From Alphaproteobacteria bacterium (GTDB taxonomy: Bacteria > Pseudomonadota > Alphaproteobacteria > UBA6615), in assembly GCA_965261975.1 (NCBI GenBank), contig CBDHEC010000034.1, positions 1-58,797 of the forward strand: 58,797 nucleotides of DNA, given 5' to 3'. Within the stretch, counting starts at the first letter, position 1; each line of letters begins with the position of its first letter. A model generated the notes under the pieces. The model saw only the letters and a program-made list of their open reading frames with translations, was not told where the DNA came from and did no database searches. Made by a program: the position numbers and the translations under genes. Shown here in pieces: positions 20,225 through 28,904 of the stretch.

Positions 20225-22250
20225 ACCGCGTAAAGAACACGGGTTTGAACAGGGTCTGCGCGCGGCACGCGCGCGCCAGGCCCGGCTGTACCTGTTCGGG
20301 CTGGCAGCACTGGTGCTGGTGGTCGTGGCGGTCGCGGGGGTCCTGGTTTCTACCAATGCTACCCGGGTGACGATCCTGCGCGCCGAGGCGGAGCTGGCGG
20401 GCTCCATCGAGCTTGCCGAGGGCTTCGGGCTGGCGGTGGGAGACGCGGTCTACACGGTCTCGGCGCGGCCGGTGCTGCAGATACAATCGCCGGGGTTCCG
20501 CACGGCCAGGCGGGTGATCCAGCCCGGAGAGAAGGGTCGCCGGATCGCGGTGACCCTGGTGCCGCTGCCCGGCCGGGTGGTTGCCACTACGGCCCCGGCG
20601 CTGGACGACGCCCGCTGGTCGTTTGACGGGCGGCTGTTAACGGTGGGAGCAGTGCTCGATACCGAGGGTGAAGACGGTCCTCACGAGGTGGTGGTCGACC
20701 ATCCGTTCTTTTCTCCCGAGACACGCGCGGTGGATCTGCGGCGCGGCGAGGTGACGGAAATCGAGATTGCGCTCACGCCGGTCGCGGGTCGCGTGGCGAT
20801 ACTGTCAGATCCGACCGGTGCGACGGTCGCGATCGACGGCGCGGATGCCGGTGCGACGCCGCTGGATCGTTCGCTGGAGGGCGGGGAATACAATATCACT
20901 GTGACGGCGCCGGACAGGCAACCCCTGGAAGATATCATCCGGATCACCAACGCCAGGCCCGAGGTCGCGCGGAACTACAAGCTGCTGCGCTACGCCGCGA
21001 CACTGAACTTTGAGGTGACGCCAGCCGGGGGTGAACTGCTGGTCGACGGTCGCCGGGTCAACCCGGACGACCCGCTCGAAATCACCGCGGCGGCGGACCA
21101 CACGGTGGTGTATCTGCGCGACGGCTATCAGGGGGAGACCCGGACGGTACGGCTCGGCGCAAACGAGAACCGGACGATCGAGCTCGCGCTCAAGCCCGAG
21201 CTGGGACTGGTGGAGATCGAGGCCGCCCCGGCGGCGGAGATATATGTCGACGGCAAGTTGCGGGGTGAGGGCAGCGCTGCGCTGCGCCTGCTCGCGGTGC
21301 CGACGAGAATCGAACTGCGCAAGCCGGGCTATCGCAGTATTGCGCGCACGGTCGTACCGTCGGCGGGAAGCCCGCTGGTGATCCGCGAGACGCTGATCCC
21401 CGAGGCGGTGGCCCGGCTGGCCGAGGCGCCGCGGGCCTATACCAACAGCGCGGGTATCGAGCTTTTGCTGTTCGAGCCGAATGATGAATTCAAAATGGGG
21501 GCGCCGCGCCACGAGATTGGTCAGCGGGCCAACGAGTTTGAGCGACGCGTGCGCCTGACCCGGCCCTTCTATGCGGCGAAACACGAAACGACCAACGGCC
21601 AGATGGCGATGTTTCGCGGCAGCCGGGGCCTGGCCCCGAACGAGCCCGTGAGCGATGTGCGCTGGCAAGAGGCGGCCGCCTTCGCCAACTGGCTGAGCGT
21701 CAAGGAGGGATTGACGCCCTTCTATCGGATGACCGGTGACCGGGTACGTGGGTCCGATCCGGCAGCCGACGGTTACCGGCTGCTGAGCGAGGCGGAGTGG
21801 GAATGGCTTGCACGCAAGGCCGGACGGCCCGCGCGCACGATCTTCCCCTGGGGTGACGGGGCCACGGTGCCGCGCGGAGCAGGCAATATCGCGGATGAAT
21901 CGGCCAATGGTGTGGCTCGGAATTTCGTTCCCAACTACAATGACGGACATGCGCGGATCGCGCCCGTGGGCAGCTTCGCGGCTGAGGAATCCGGGCTGTT
22001 CGACCTGACGGGGAATGTCAGCGAATGGGTCCATGACGGATATTCGCTCGAGCCGCCCGCGAAGGGGTCTGTCGCGACCGACCCGCTGGGGCCGTCGTTC
22101 GGCGATGCCCATGTGGTCAAGGGATCGAGCTGGCGCTCGGGCACGCGCACGACGTTGCGTGCGGCCTATCGCGACGGCCTGTCCACCGGGCGCGACGATG
22201 TCGGATTCAGAATAGGGAGATATCTCCATGGCGAAGCCACAGCGCAATAG
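20211..22250 (+). CDS. PEGA-repeat protein with C-terminal FGE-sulfatase (SUMF1) domain
   Basis: N-terminal TM; PEGA-like units (SDPTGATVAIDG..G.TP, TPAGGELLVDG, AAEIYVDG...KPGY); FKMGAP, ETTNGQ, YRLLSEAEWEW, GLFDLTGNVSEWVHD, VGFRI. Confidence 0.88.
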   Translation: MNESEPRKEHGFEQGLRAARARQARLYLFGLAALVLVVVAVAGVLVSTNATRVTILRAEAELAGSIELAEGFGLAVGDAVYTVSARPVLQIQSPGFRTARRVIQPGEKGRRIAVTLVPLPGRVVATTAPALDDARWSFDGRLLTVGAVLDTEGEDGPHEVVVDHPFFSPETRAVDLRRGEVTEIEIALTPVAGRVAILSDPTGATVAIDGADAGATPLDRSLEGGEYNITVTAPDRQPLEDIIRITNARPEVARNYKLLRYAATLNFEVTPAGGELLVDGRRVNPDDPLEITAAADHTVVYLRDGYQGETRTVRLGANENRTIELALKPELGLVEIEAAPAAEIYVDGKLRGEGSAALRLLAVPTRIELRKPGYRSIARTVVPSAGSPLVIRETLIPEAVARLAEAPRAYTNSAGIELLLFEPNDEFKMGAPRHEIGQRANEFERRVRLTRPFYAAKHETTNGQMAMFRGSRGLAPNEPVSDVRWQEAAAFANWLSVKEGLTPFYRMTGDRVRGSDPAADGYRLLSEAEWEWLARKAGRPARTIFPWGDGATVPRGAGNIADESANGVARNFVPNYNDGHARIAPVGSFAAEESGLFDLTGNVSEWVHDGYSLEPPAKGSVATDPLGPSFGDAHVVKGSSWRSGTRTTLRAAYRDGLSTGRDDVGFRIGRYLHGEATAQ

Positions 22251-22395
22251 AACAAGAATGGGCCTTGTCCGGCGCCGGGCGACGCTGGCGCTGGTCGCCC
22301 TCGCCGCGGGAGTCGGGCTGCTCGGTTTTGCCTACGCCCAGTCTTCATCATCCATCAGCCTGAACTCGCCGGTTTCGTTTCCGGTCGATATCTAG
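22228..22395 (+). CDS. Small secreted peptide (55 aa) ending SFPVDI
   Basis: Not in ORF track. GGGAGA RBS 7 nt before ATG 22228; MAKPQRNRTRMGLVRRRATLALVALAAGVGLLGFAYA|QSSSSISLNSPVSFPVDI*; fills the gap between two cluster genes. Confidence 0.75.
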   Translation: MAKPQRNRTRMGLVRRRATLALVALAAGVGLLGFAYAQSSSSISLNSPVSFPVDI

Positions 22396-22417
22396 CTGCA
22401 GCTACAGGGACGAACGC

Positions 22418-23215
22418 ATGCCCGAAGTCGCCAAGAATATCCTCGCGCTGGTCGTCTCGATCATCGTCGTCCACCTGTTCTACGTGAGCTATGTCTGGCC
22501 GGAATCGACCCAGCTGATCGAGGCGGCACGCGCCGCGGGCCAGAGTGCGCCGCGCAATATCGTGGTGATCCTCAAGGACTGGGAACAGGAGATCGCCATC
22601 ATCCTGATGTTCTGGGGTTTGTATCTGATCTTCGAGAAATCCATCGCGATCATGCGCGAGCGCTACTTGTTCAATGTGGACCTCCTCGACGGCAACGGAG
22701 ACGGCGGCGGTGATATGGCCGCGACCCTCCGGACCCTTGAAGCCCTGCCGGAGAAGATCCGTACTGCACCCCTGGTCCGCACGCTTATGGCGAGCCTGCG
22801 CCGGTTCCTGATCACCGGCGACGTGCACAACACGTCCGAGACCATCGAGGCGAGCGTCGACGCGATGGCGCAAAAGCAGGAGGCCGAGAACTCCCTGATC
22901 CGCTACCTGATCTGGGCCATTCCGGCGATCGGCTTCATCGGCACGGTGCGCGGCATCGGCGAGGCGCTTTCCCAGGCCGACCAGGCGCTGGCGGGCGACA
23001 TCGCCGGCATGACCGAGAGCCTCGGCGTGGCCTTCAACTCCACCTTCGTGGCGCTGCTGATCTCGATCGTCCTGATGTTCCTGCTGCACCAGTTGCAGCG
23101 GCTGCAGGACGGGATGCTGGTGGACACCCAGGAATATTGCGAATCCTTCCTGTTGAACCGGATCAGCGCGGCGGGCCTGAGCCAGGCTGATTCCAACCTG
23201 GGCGGCGAAAGCTGA
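22418..23215 (+). CDS. MotA/TolQ/ExbB proton channel family protein
   Basis: AIPAIGFIGTVRGI and MTESLGVAFNSTFVAL match the P.lGllGTV.G / gi..Al.tT channel motifs; 4 hydrophobic segments. Confidence 0.9.
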   Translation: MPEVAKNILALVVSIIVVHLFYVSYVWPESTQLIEAARAAGQSAPRNIVVILKDWEQEIAIILMFWGLYLIFEKSIAIMRERYLFNVDLLDGNGDGGGDMAATLRTLEALPEKIRTAPLVRTLMASLRRFLITGDVHNTSETIEASVDAMAQKQEAENSLIRYLIWAIPAIGFIGTVRGIGEALSQADQALAGDIAGMTESLGVAFNSTFVALLISIVLMFLLHQLQRLQDGMLVDTQEYCESFLLNRISAAGLSQADSNLGGES

Positions 23216-24267
23216 GACGGCGCCGCTCACCCCCGGGGTTCAACCTCGCCTTCCTGGACATCATGTCCTGCGGGCTGGGGGCCATCATTCTCGTCCTGAT
23301 GCTGGTGAAGCTCGACACCGACAACGTGTCGGCCGAGAGCGACCGGTTGCGCGAGGATCTGGCACGCCTGGAAGCGACGGAGACCGATCTGGCCGTGCGG
23401 ATCACGGCCCTGCTGCGCGCCAAGGCGGTGAGTGCGGAGGAGGTCGCGGCCCGCGCGGCGGAACTGGCCCGGTTGCAGGCGGAGCTGGCACGCGAACGAG
23501 ACCGGATTGCCGCGAGCCAGACGGCGGCGCGTGCGCTCGAGGAAACCATCACCTCGATCGAGGTGCCCGAGAAACCTGATGTGATCGAGACCCGGCCGAC
23601 CGGCAGCGAAAATTATATCGTCGGGCTGCGGGTCGAGGGTGCGCGGATCGGGGTGCTGGTGGATTCCAGCGCGTCGATGACCGACGCGGTGCTGATCGAC
23701 ATCATCCGGCGCAAGAACATGAATGCGGCCGCCAAGCAGGCCGGGCCGAAATGGCAACGCACCAAACGCGTGGTGAACTGGTTCCTAGCCCGGATACCGC
23801 AACGCTCCGACGTGCGCGTCGTTGCCTTCAACGATCAGGCGCGGCCGCTCGGCGATGTGGTCGGCGGCACGGATGCTGCCGGGCTGGGCCGGGTGCTGGG
23901 CGACCTCGATGACGTGGTGCCGGCGGGGCCGACCAATTTGGCGGCGGGACTGGCGTCACTGGCCGCATTCCGGCCGACGGATGTTTATGTCATCACCGAT
24001 GGCCTGCCCACGGCGGGCACGGGCGGTTACCGGAGCCTCAACCCGTTCTCGGACTGCAGCGCGCTGTGGGGCGGTGCCACCTCGATTTCCGGCGCCTGCC
24101 GGGTTCGCCTGCTGCGGCACACGATCGACAATGCGGGGATCGGCAACGCGAAGGTCAATGTCGTGCTGTTGCCGATCGAGGGCGATCCGCAGGCGTCGCA
24201 CGAGTTCTGGAAATGGACATCGGCGACGGACGGTACCCTGATCAGCCCGGCATCGAGCTGGCCATGA
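23212..24267 (+). CDS. ExbD-like TM + coiled coil + vWA domain protein 1
   Basis: (CTG)RRRRSPPGFNLAFLDIMSCGLGAIILVLML TM with Asp; heptad-like segment; MIDAS DSSAS, GPTNL, ITDGLP. Probable CTG start overlapping upstream TGA. Confidence 0.85.
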   Translation: MRRRRSPPGFNLAFLDIMSCGLGAIILVLMLVKLDTDNVSAESDRLREDLARLEATETDLAVRITALLRAKAVSAEEVAARAAELARLQAELARERDRIAASQTAARALEETITSIEVPEKPDVIETRPTGSENYIVGLRVEGARIGVLVDSSASMTDAVLIDIIRRKNMNAAAKQAGPKWQRTKRVVNWFLARIPQRSDVRVVAFNDQARPLGDVVGGTDAAGLGRVLGDLDDVVPAGPTNLAAGLASLAAFRPTDVYVITDGLPTAGTGGYRSLNPFSDCSALWGGATSISGACRVRLLRHTIDNAGIGNAKVNVVLLPIEGDPQASHEFWKWTSATDGTLISPASSWP

Positions 24268-24277
24268 GGATGAGGCC

Positions 24278-25231
24278 ATGAGGCGAAAACGCGCCGAGTT
24301 CGAAATCTTCAACCTGTCGTTTCTCGACGTGATCTCCTGCGGCTTCGGCGCGGTGGTGTTGCTGGTGCTGATTTCGCCCTTCGGTGTGTCGGACGAGGCG
24401 GGCGGAAAGGACGAGACAAGCACGCTGTTGCAGCGGCTGATCAGTACGGAGGCGCGGATCGAGCAGCTGGAGACCGCGTTGGGGCGCGAGAGCGAGACTC
24501 TGGCCGAGACCAGAGCGCGGCTCGAATCCGAAGGCGCGGCCGTCGGTACCACAGAGGAGGAATTGCGCCGCGCCAACGCGGCGGCGGCCCAAGCGGCGCG
24601 CAACGTGGAAGGGCTCAAGACCGTCGAGAGCGCGCTGCGCAACCAGGCCCGGGCCGGGGTTTCGGCCCCCGAAGCGGCCCCGCGCGATGCCGAGGTTGGC
24701 GGCATTCCGGTGGATAGTGAATTCGTCGTCTTCGTCGTCGACACCTCGGGTAGCATGCAGTCGATCTGGGAGCGGGTGACCCGCGAGGTCGAGAACATCA
24801 TTCGCGTCCACCCGCAGATCAAGGGCTTCCAGGTGCTGAACGACAATGGCACCCACCTGATCGGCGGCTATAGCGGGCGCTGGATTCCCGATACCAAGGG
24901 TGCGCGGGACCGGGCAATAAGCCTGTTTCGCAGCTGGAAGAGCGCGTCGAACTCGAGCCCGGTCGAGGGGTTGGAGGTGGCGCTGAAACGCTATGTGAAG
25001 GCCAACGAGAAGACCTCGATCTACATCTTCGGTGACGACTACACCGGGTCGTCCTACGACCCCGTGATCGCCACCCTGTCGCGGCTCAACCGGAACCGCA
25101 TCACCGGTGACCCCAAGGCGCGGGTGCATGCCATCGGGTTCATCTCCCAGCAAACCCAGGGCCGCTTCGAGACCCTGATGCGCGAGGTCACGCGGCAGAA
25201 CAACGGCACGTTCGTGGCGCTGCCGCGTTAG
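24278..25231 (+). CDS. ExbD-like TM + coiled coil + vWA domain protein 2
   Basis: MRRKRAEFEIFNLSFLDVISCGFGAVVLLVLI; coiled coil; MIDAS DTSGS, IFGDD, RVHAIGF; GAGG RBS. Confidence 0.88.
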   Translation: MRRKRAEFEIFNLSFLDVISCGFGAVVLLVLISPFGVSDEAGGKDETSTLLQRLISTEARIEQLETALGRESETLAETRARLESEGAAVGTTEEELRRANAAAAQAARNVEGLKTVESALRNQARAGVSAPEAAPRDAEVGGIPVDSEFVVFVVDTSGSMQSIWERVTREVENIIRVHPQIKGFQVLNDNGTHLIGGYSGRWIPDTKGARDRAISLFRSWKSASNSSPVEGLEVALKRYVKANEKTSIYIFGDDYTGSSYDPVIATLSRLNRNRITGDPKARVHAIGFISQQTQGRFETLMREVTRQNNGTFVALPR

Positions 25232-26148
25232 CGCCGTACCGCGCGCGGGTCGAGGGCGTCCTGGAGGCCGTCGCCGAGGAAGTTGAAGGCCATCACCGTG
25301 ACGAAGATGACCGCGCCCGGCCAGATCGCCAGTGCCGGCGCGCGGGTGGCCAGCTCCTGGGCGTTGGTCAGCATGTTGCCCCAGCTCGGGATGGGCGGCT
25401 GGATGCCGAGGCCCAGGAAGCTCAGCACCGATTCCAGCAGGATCACCGTGCCGATCGACAGTGTCGTGGCGACGATGATCGGCGAGACGATATTCGGCAG
25501 GATGTGGCGCAGCATGATCACGCCGGGCCTGGCGCCCATGGCCTCGGCGGCGCGCACGAATTCGCGGGTTCGCACCGACAGGGTGCCGGCGCGGACCAAT
25601 CTTGCGACCGTGGTCCAGCCGACGACCGCGATGATGAAGACGATCCGGTAGAGGCTCGCCATTTCCGAGTTGGCGATGTCGGCGGGCACGCCCACCTTGC
25701 CCAGATCGACCGCCGCCAGGATGATCAGCAACGGCAGGAGCGGCAGCGCGATGACCCCGTCGGTGCTGCGCATCAACAGCGTGTCCAGCCGGCCGCCATA
25801 GTAGCCGGCCAGCAGGCCGATGGTCGTGCCGATGGTCGCCGCACCCAGCGCGGCCACGAGCCCGACCAGCAGGGAGATGCGCCCGCCATACAGCAGCCGC
25901 ACCAGCACGTCGCGCCCCGCCTCGTCGGTGCCGAGCCAGTGGGTGGCATCGGGCGGCGCATACTGGTTGAACAGATCGACCCGCGTGGCATCGACCCCGA
26001 GCATGGCCTCGAAGGCGGGCGCGAGGAGCGCGGCCAGCGCGATCAGGGCCAGCAGCATGGCGCTCGCCATGGCCGGGCGGTTGCGCCGGAACCGCTGCCA
26101 GAAACGCGAGGACTCCGACTGGCCGATTGTATCTGCGGCGATACTCAC
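25228..26148 (-). CDS. Peptide/nickel ABC transporter permease (OppC/DppC-like)
   Basis: HWLGTDEAGRD, EFVRAAEAMGA EAA loop, RHILPN, LSFLGLG, PSWG. Confidence 0.92.
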   Translation of the reverse strand: MSIAADTIGQSESSRFWQRFRRNRPAMASAMLLALIALAALLAPAFEAMLGVDATRVDLFNQYAPPDATHWLGTDEAGRDVLVRLLYGGRISLLVGLVAALGAATIGTTIGLLAGYYGGRLDTLLMRSTDGVIALPLLPLLIILAAVDLGKVGVPADIANSEMASLYRIVFIIAVVGWTTVARLVRAGTLSVRTREFVRAAEAMGARPGVIMLRHILPNIVSPIIVATTLSIGTVILLESVLSFLGLGIQPPIPSWGNMLTNAQELATRAPALAIWPGAVIFVTVMAFNFLGDGLQDALDPRAVRR

Positions 26149-27110
26149 GAAGCCTCCAGGGCGCGGAAGCTGATGCGCGGGTCGAGCGCGGCATAGGCGA
26201 TGTCGGCGAGGAAGTTGCCGATCAGGACCACCAGCGTGGCCAGCAGCAGGCCGACCAGCGCCAGGTTGAAATCATTGCCCAGGATGGAATCGTAGATCAG
26301 CTTGCCCATGCCCAGATAGCCGAACATCGTCTCCGTGATCAGCGCGCCCGAAAAAAACGTCCCGAAATCGAGCGCGATGATGGTGGTGAGCGGCAGCATG
26401 GCGTTGCGCAGCCCGTGGCCGAACAATGTTCGCCGCGGCCCCAGGCCCTTGGCCCGCGCGGTACGGATATAGTCCTGGCGCAGCACCTCGATCATGGCCG
26501 CGCGGGCGAAGCGGGTGTAGCCCGCCAGGCTGGCGATGGTCAGCGTGGCGACCGGCAACACCAGGAACTTCAGCCCGGCGAGGAACCCGGCATCGGCGGG
26601 CCCCATACCACCCGCCGGCAGCCAGCCGAGAGATACGGCGAAGACCATGATGAACAGCAGCGCCAGCCAGAAGGGCGGCACGGAGATGCCCGCGAAACAG
26701 AACAGGTTGATCGCCCCGTCGAGCCGGGACTGGGGCCGCGTCGCGGCGATCACGCCCAGCGGTATGGCGATGAGGATGGCGACGATGGAACTGAGGCCCA
26801 GCAGGATGACGGTGTTGCCCAGCCGCGGCAGCAGGATCTCCATCACCGGGCGGTTGTAGGTGCGTGAGAAACCCAGATCGCCGGTGAACACGCCGCCCAG
26901 CCAGTTGGCGTAACGCTCCCACAGGGGCAGATCGAGCCCATGCAGGCGCTTGAGGCGCGCGCCGTCGGCCGGGGTCAGGTCCGGGTTCGAGGTAATCATG
27001 ATGTCGATGGGATCGCCGGGCATCAGCCCGATCAGCATGAATACGATGAACGACATGACCGCCAGCACGGTGGCCATGCCGAACAGACGGCGGGTCAGGA
27101 AGGCGAGCAT
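26145..27110 (-). CDS. Peptide/nickel ABC transporter permease (OppB/DppB-like)
   Basis: LMPGDP, GDLGFS, DYIRTARAKGL, HGLRNA, LDPRI. Confidence 0.92.
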   Translation of the reverse strand: MLAFLTRRLFGMATVLAVMSFIVFMLIGLMPGDPIDIMITSNPDLTPADGARLKRLHGLDLPLWERYANWLGGVFTGDLGFSRTYNRPVMEILLPRLGNTVILLGLSSIVAILIAIPLGVIAATRPQSRLDGAINLFCFAGISVPPFWLALLFIMVFAVSLGWLPAGGMGPADAGFLAGLKFLVLPVATLTIASLAGYTRFARAAMIEVLRQDYIRTARAKGLGPRRTLFGHGLRNAMLPLTTIIALDFGTFFSGALITETMFGYLGMGKLIYDSILGNDFNLALVGLLLATLVVLIGNFLADIAYAALDPRISFRALEAS

Positions 27111-27141
27111 GCGGCCGTGACGGATAGTTGCAAACGCATGC

Positions 27142-28813
27142 TCACTCGGCCTTCCAGTTCTCGATCCAGAGCGTGCTCGGATACTGGTGGCCGGTGGGCG
27201 TAACGCCGGAGAGCCATGTGGGCATGACGAAGGCGTTGGCCCGGAAGTAGAGCGGCAACACCGGGAGCTGTTCGGCATAGGTCTGCTGGATCATGTTCCA
27301 GTGCCGGGTCTGGGCCTCGGGCCCACATTCCACCTCGACCCGGTCGATGGCCTCGTCCATCACCGGGTTGGCGAAGCCGGTGTAGTTCTGGCCCGACCAG
27401 CCGTTGTCGGCGGTCGGGATCATCGAGGAATGCATGGTCGTGCGCGGGATGTTCTCCGGGGTCGAGAACCAGGCGAACATGGCCATGCCCGGAAACTCGC
27501 GCTGGCGGATGGTCTGCCCGAACAGCACCCGGGCGGGCTGGTTGCGGATGCGCAGATCGACCCCGACCTCGCGCAGGTTCGACTGGATCACCTGCTCGAC
27601 CAGTTCGCGGACCCGGTTGCCCGCCGTGGTCATGATCTCGAGGCGCAGCGGCTCGCCCCCCGCGTTGTGGCGAATGCCCTTGCGAATGTCGGTCCAGCCC
27701 GCCGCGTCGAGCAGCGCGCGGGCCGTCTCCGGGTCGAAGGGATATTTGCGCACGTCATCGGTGTGCACGGCATCCAGCGGGTGGGACGAAGGTGTCGGCG
27801 ACGGGCTGCTTGCCCTCGAACAGACGCTCGCTGATCGCGTTGCGGTCGATCGCATGAAGCAGTGCGCGCCGGACATCCAGATCCGCGAGGATCGGGTTGT
27901 CGAGCCGCAGATCCACATGCTCGTAAAACAGCCCCGGCTTGAAGACCACGTTGAAGCGGTCGCCATGGCGTTTGTCGAAGGCGAGCGCCTGGTCCAGCGA
28001 GATGCCGTCCTCGCCGGCGATGTAGTCGATCTCCCCCGACAGCAGGTTTGCCTCCAGTGCCGCCGTGTTTTCGATGGTGCGCACGGTGATCCGTTTGAAG
28101 GCCGGTTTCTTGCCCCACCATGTGGGGTTGGGCTCCAGGGTGATGCTGGCCCCGGGTTCGACGTTGGAGATACGATACGGCCCGAAATACAGCCCGGCGC
28201 GGGTCGGGTCGGTGTCGTAGGCGTTGCGGGTGCGATAGGTCGCCGGGTCGCGTGCCGCCTCGGCCTCGAGATGGGCCGGGACGAGTTCGAAATCGTTGAT
28301 CGCCTCGGCGTTACATGTGCGCTTGTTCCAGAAAATGGTGAAGTTCTTCGCATCATGGGCGACGATCTTCTCCATCCGCCGATAGAGTTCCTGGTTGTTG
28401 ATACCCGCACTCTCGTCGCGCCCGATCGCCCAGGTAAATTTCACGTCCTCGGTGGTGACCGGCACGCCGTCGCCCCAGGTCGCGCCAGGCCGGATCGTGT
28501 AATCGACCTCCAGGCCGTCTTCGCCGGCCGCTGTCGTCCAGTCGCGGATGGTGCCTGCCGCGCGTGACGGCAGCGTCTCGCACAGCATGCAGATGAGCTT
28601 CCAGTCCGCGTCGTAGACGGTGAAGGGCCGCCGGGTCATGCCGTTGATCAGCGACAGGACCACATGGCTGGCGAGGTTGGGGTGGAAGCCCTGGGGAAAC
28701 TGGCCGACGCCGATGACCAGCTCGTCGCGTGCCTTGTCCTGGGCCGGCGCCGGGGCGGCGGCGAGTGTCGTGGCCAGCGCGGCGGCGGCGATCGCGATCT
28801 TGAGCTTCAACAT
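27142..28813 (-). pseudogene. Peptide ABC substrate-binding protein (family 5), split by one frameshift near 27784
   Basis: Signal peptide, WGDGVPVTTEDVKFTW, GPYRI, VRRALLHAIDR in one frame; HPLDAVHTDD..YPFDPETARALLDAAGW to NWKAE in another. One extra base at TTC GTC C CAC. May be a sequencing error. Confidence 0.85.
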
Positions 28814-28904
28814 GGCCCCATTCTAGGCGATCGGGCAGGTGTGCTGACAATCAACAATCTGCGTGGGCGCGGGTGTGCGGGCGGGTCTGTGACCGGCCCG
28901 GCAA

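Noticed and set aside
18104-20407. Very long antisense ORFs (also 42748-45003, 24242-26194, 31584-33368, 56979-58427)
   Set aside because: Expected stop-poor shadows of real genes in high-GC DNA; no motifs or RBS.
21430-22250. FGE/CLec domain as a diversity-generating retroelement target
   Set aside because: No reverse transcriptase and no template-repeat copy of the 3' end seen in the window.
16671-25231. Zorya, Tol-Pal, TonB-ExbBD or T6SS Tag assignment for the envelope cluster
   Set aside because: No OmpA-domain ZorB or ZorC/D/E, no TolB/Pal, no TonB C-terminal domain or receptor, and no T6SS core genes or PpkA kinase recognisable.
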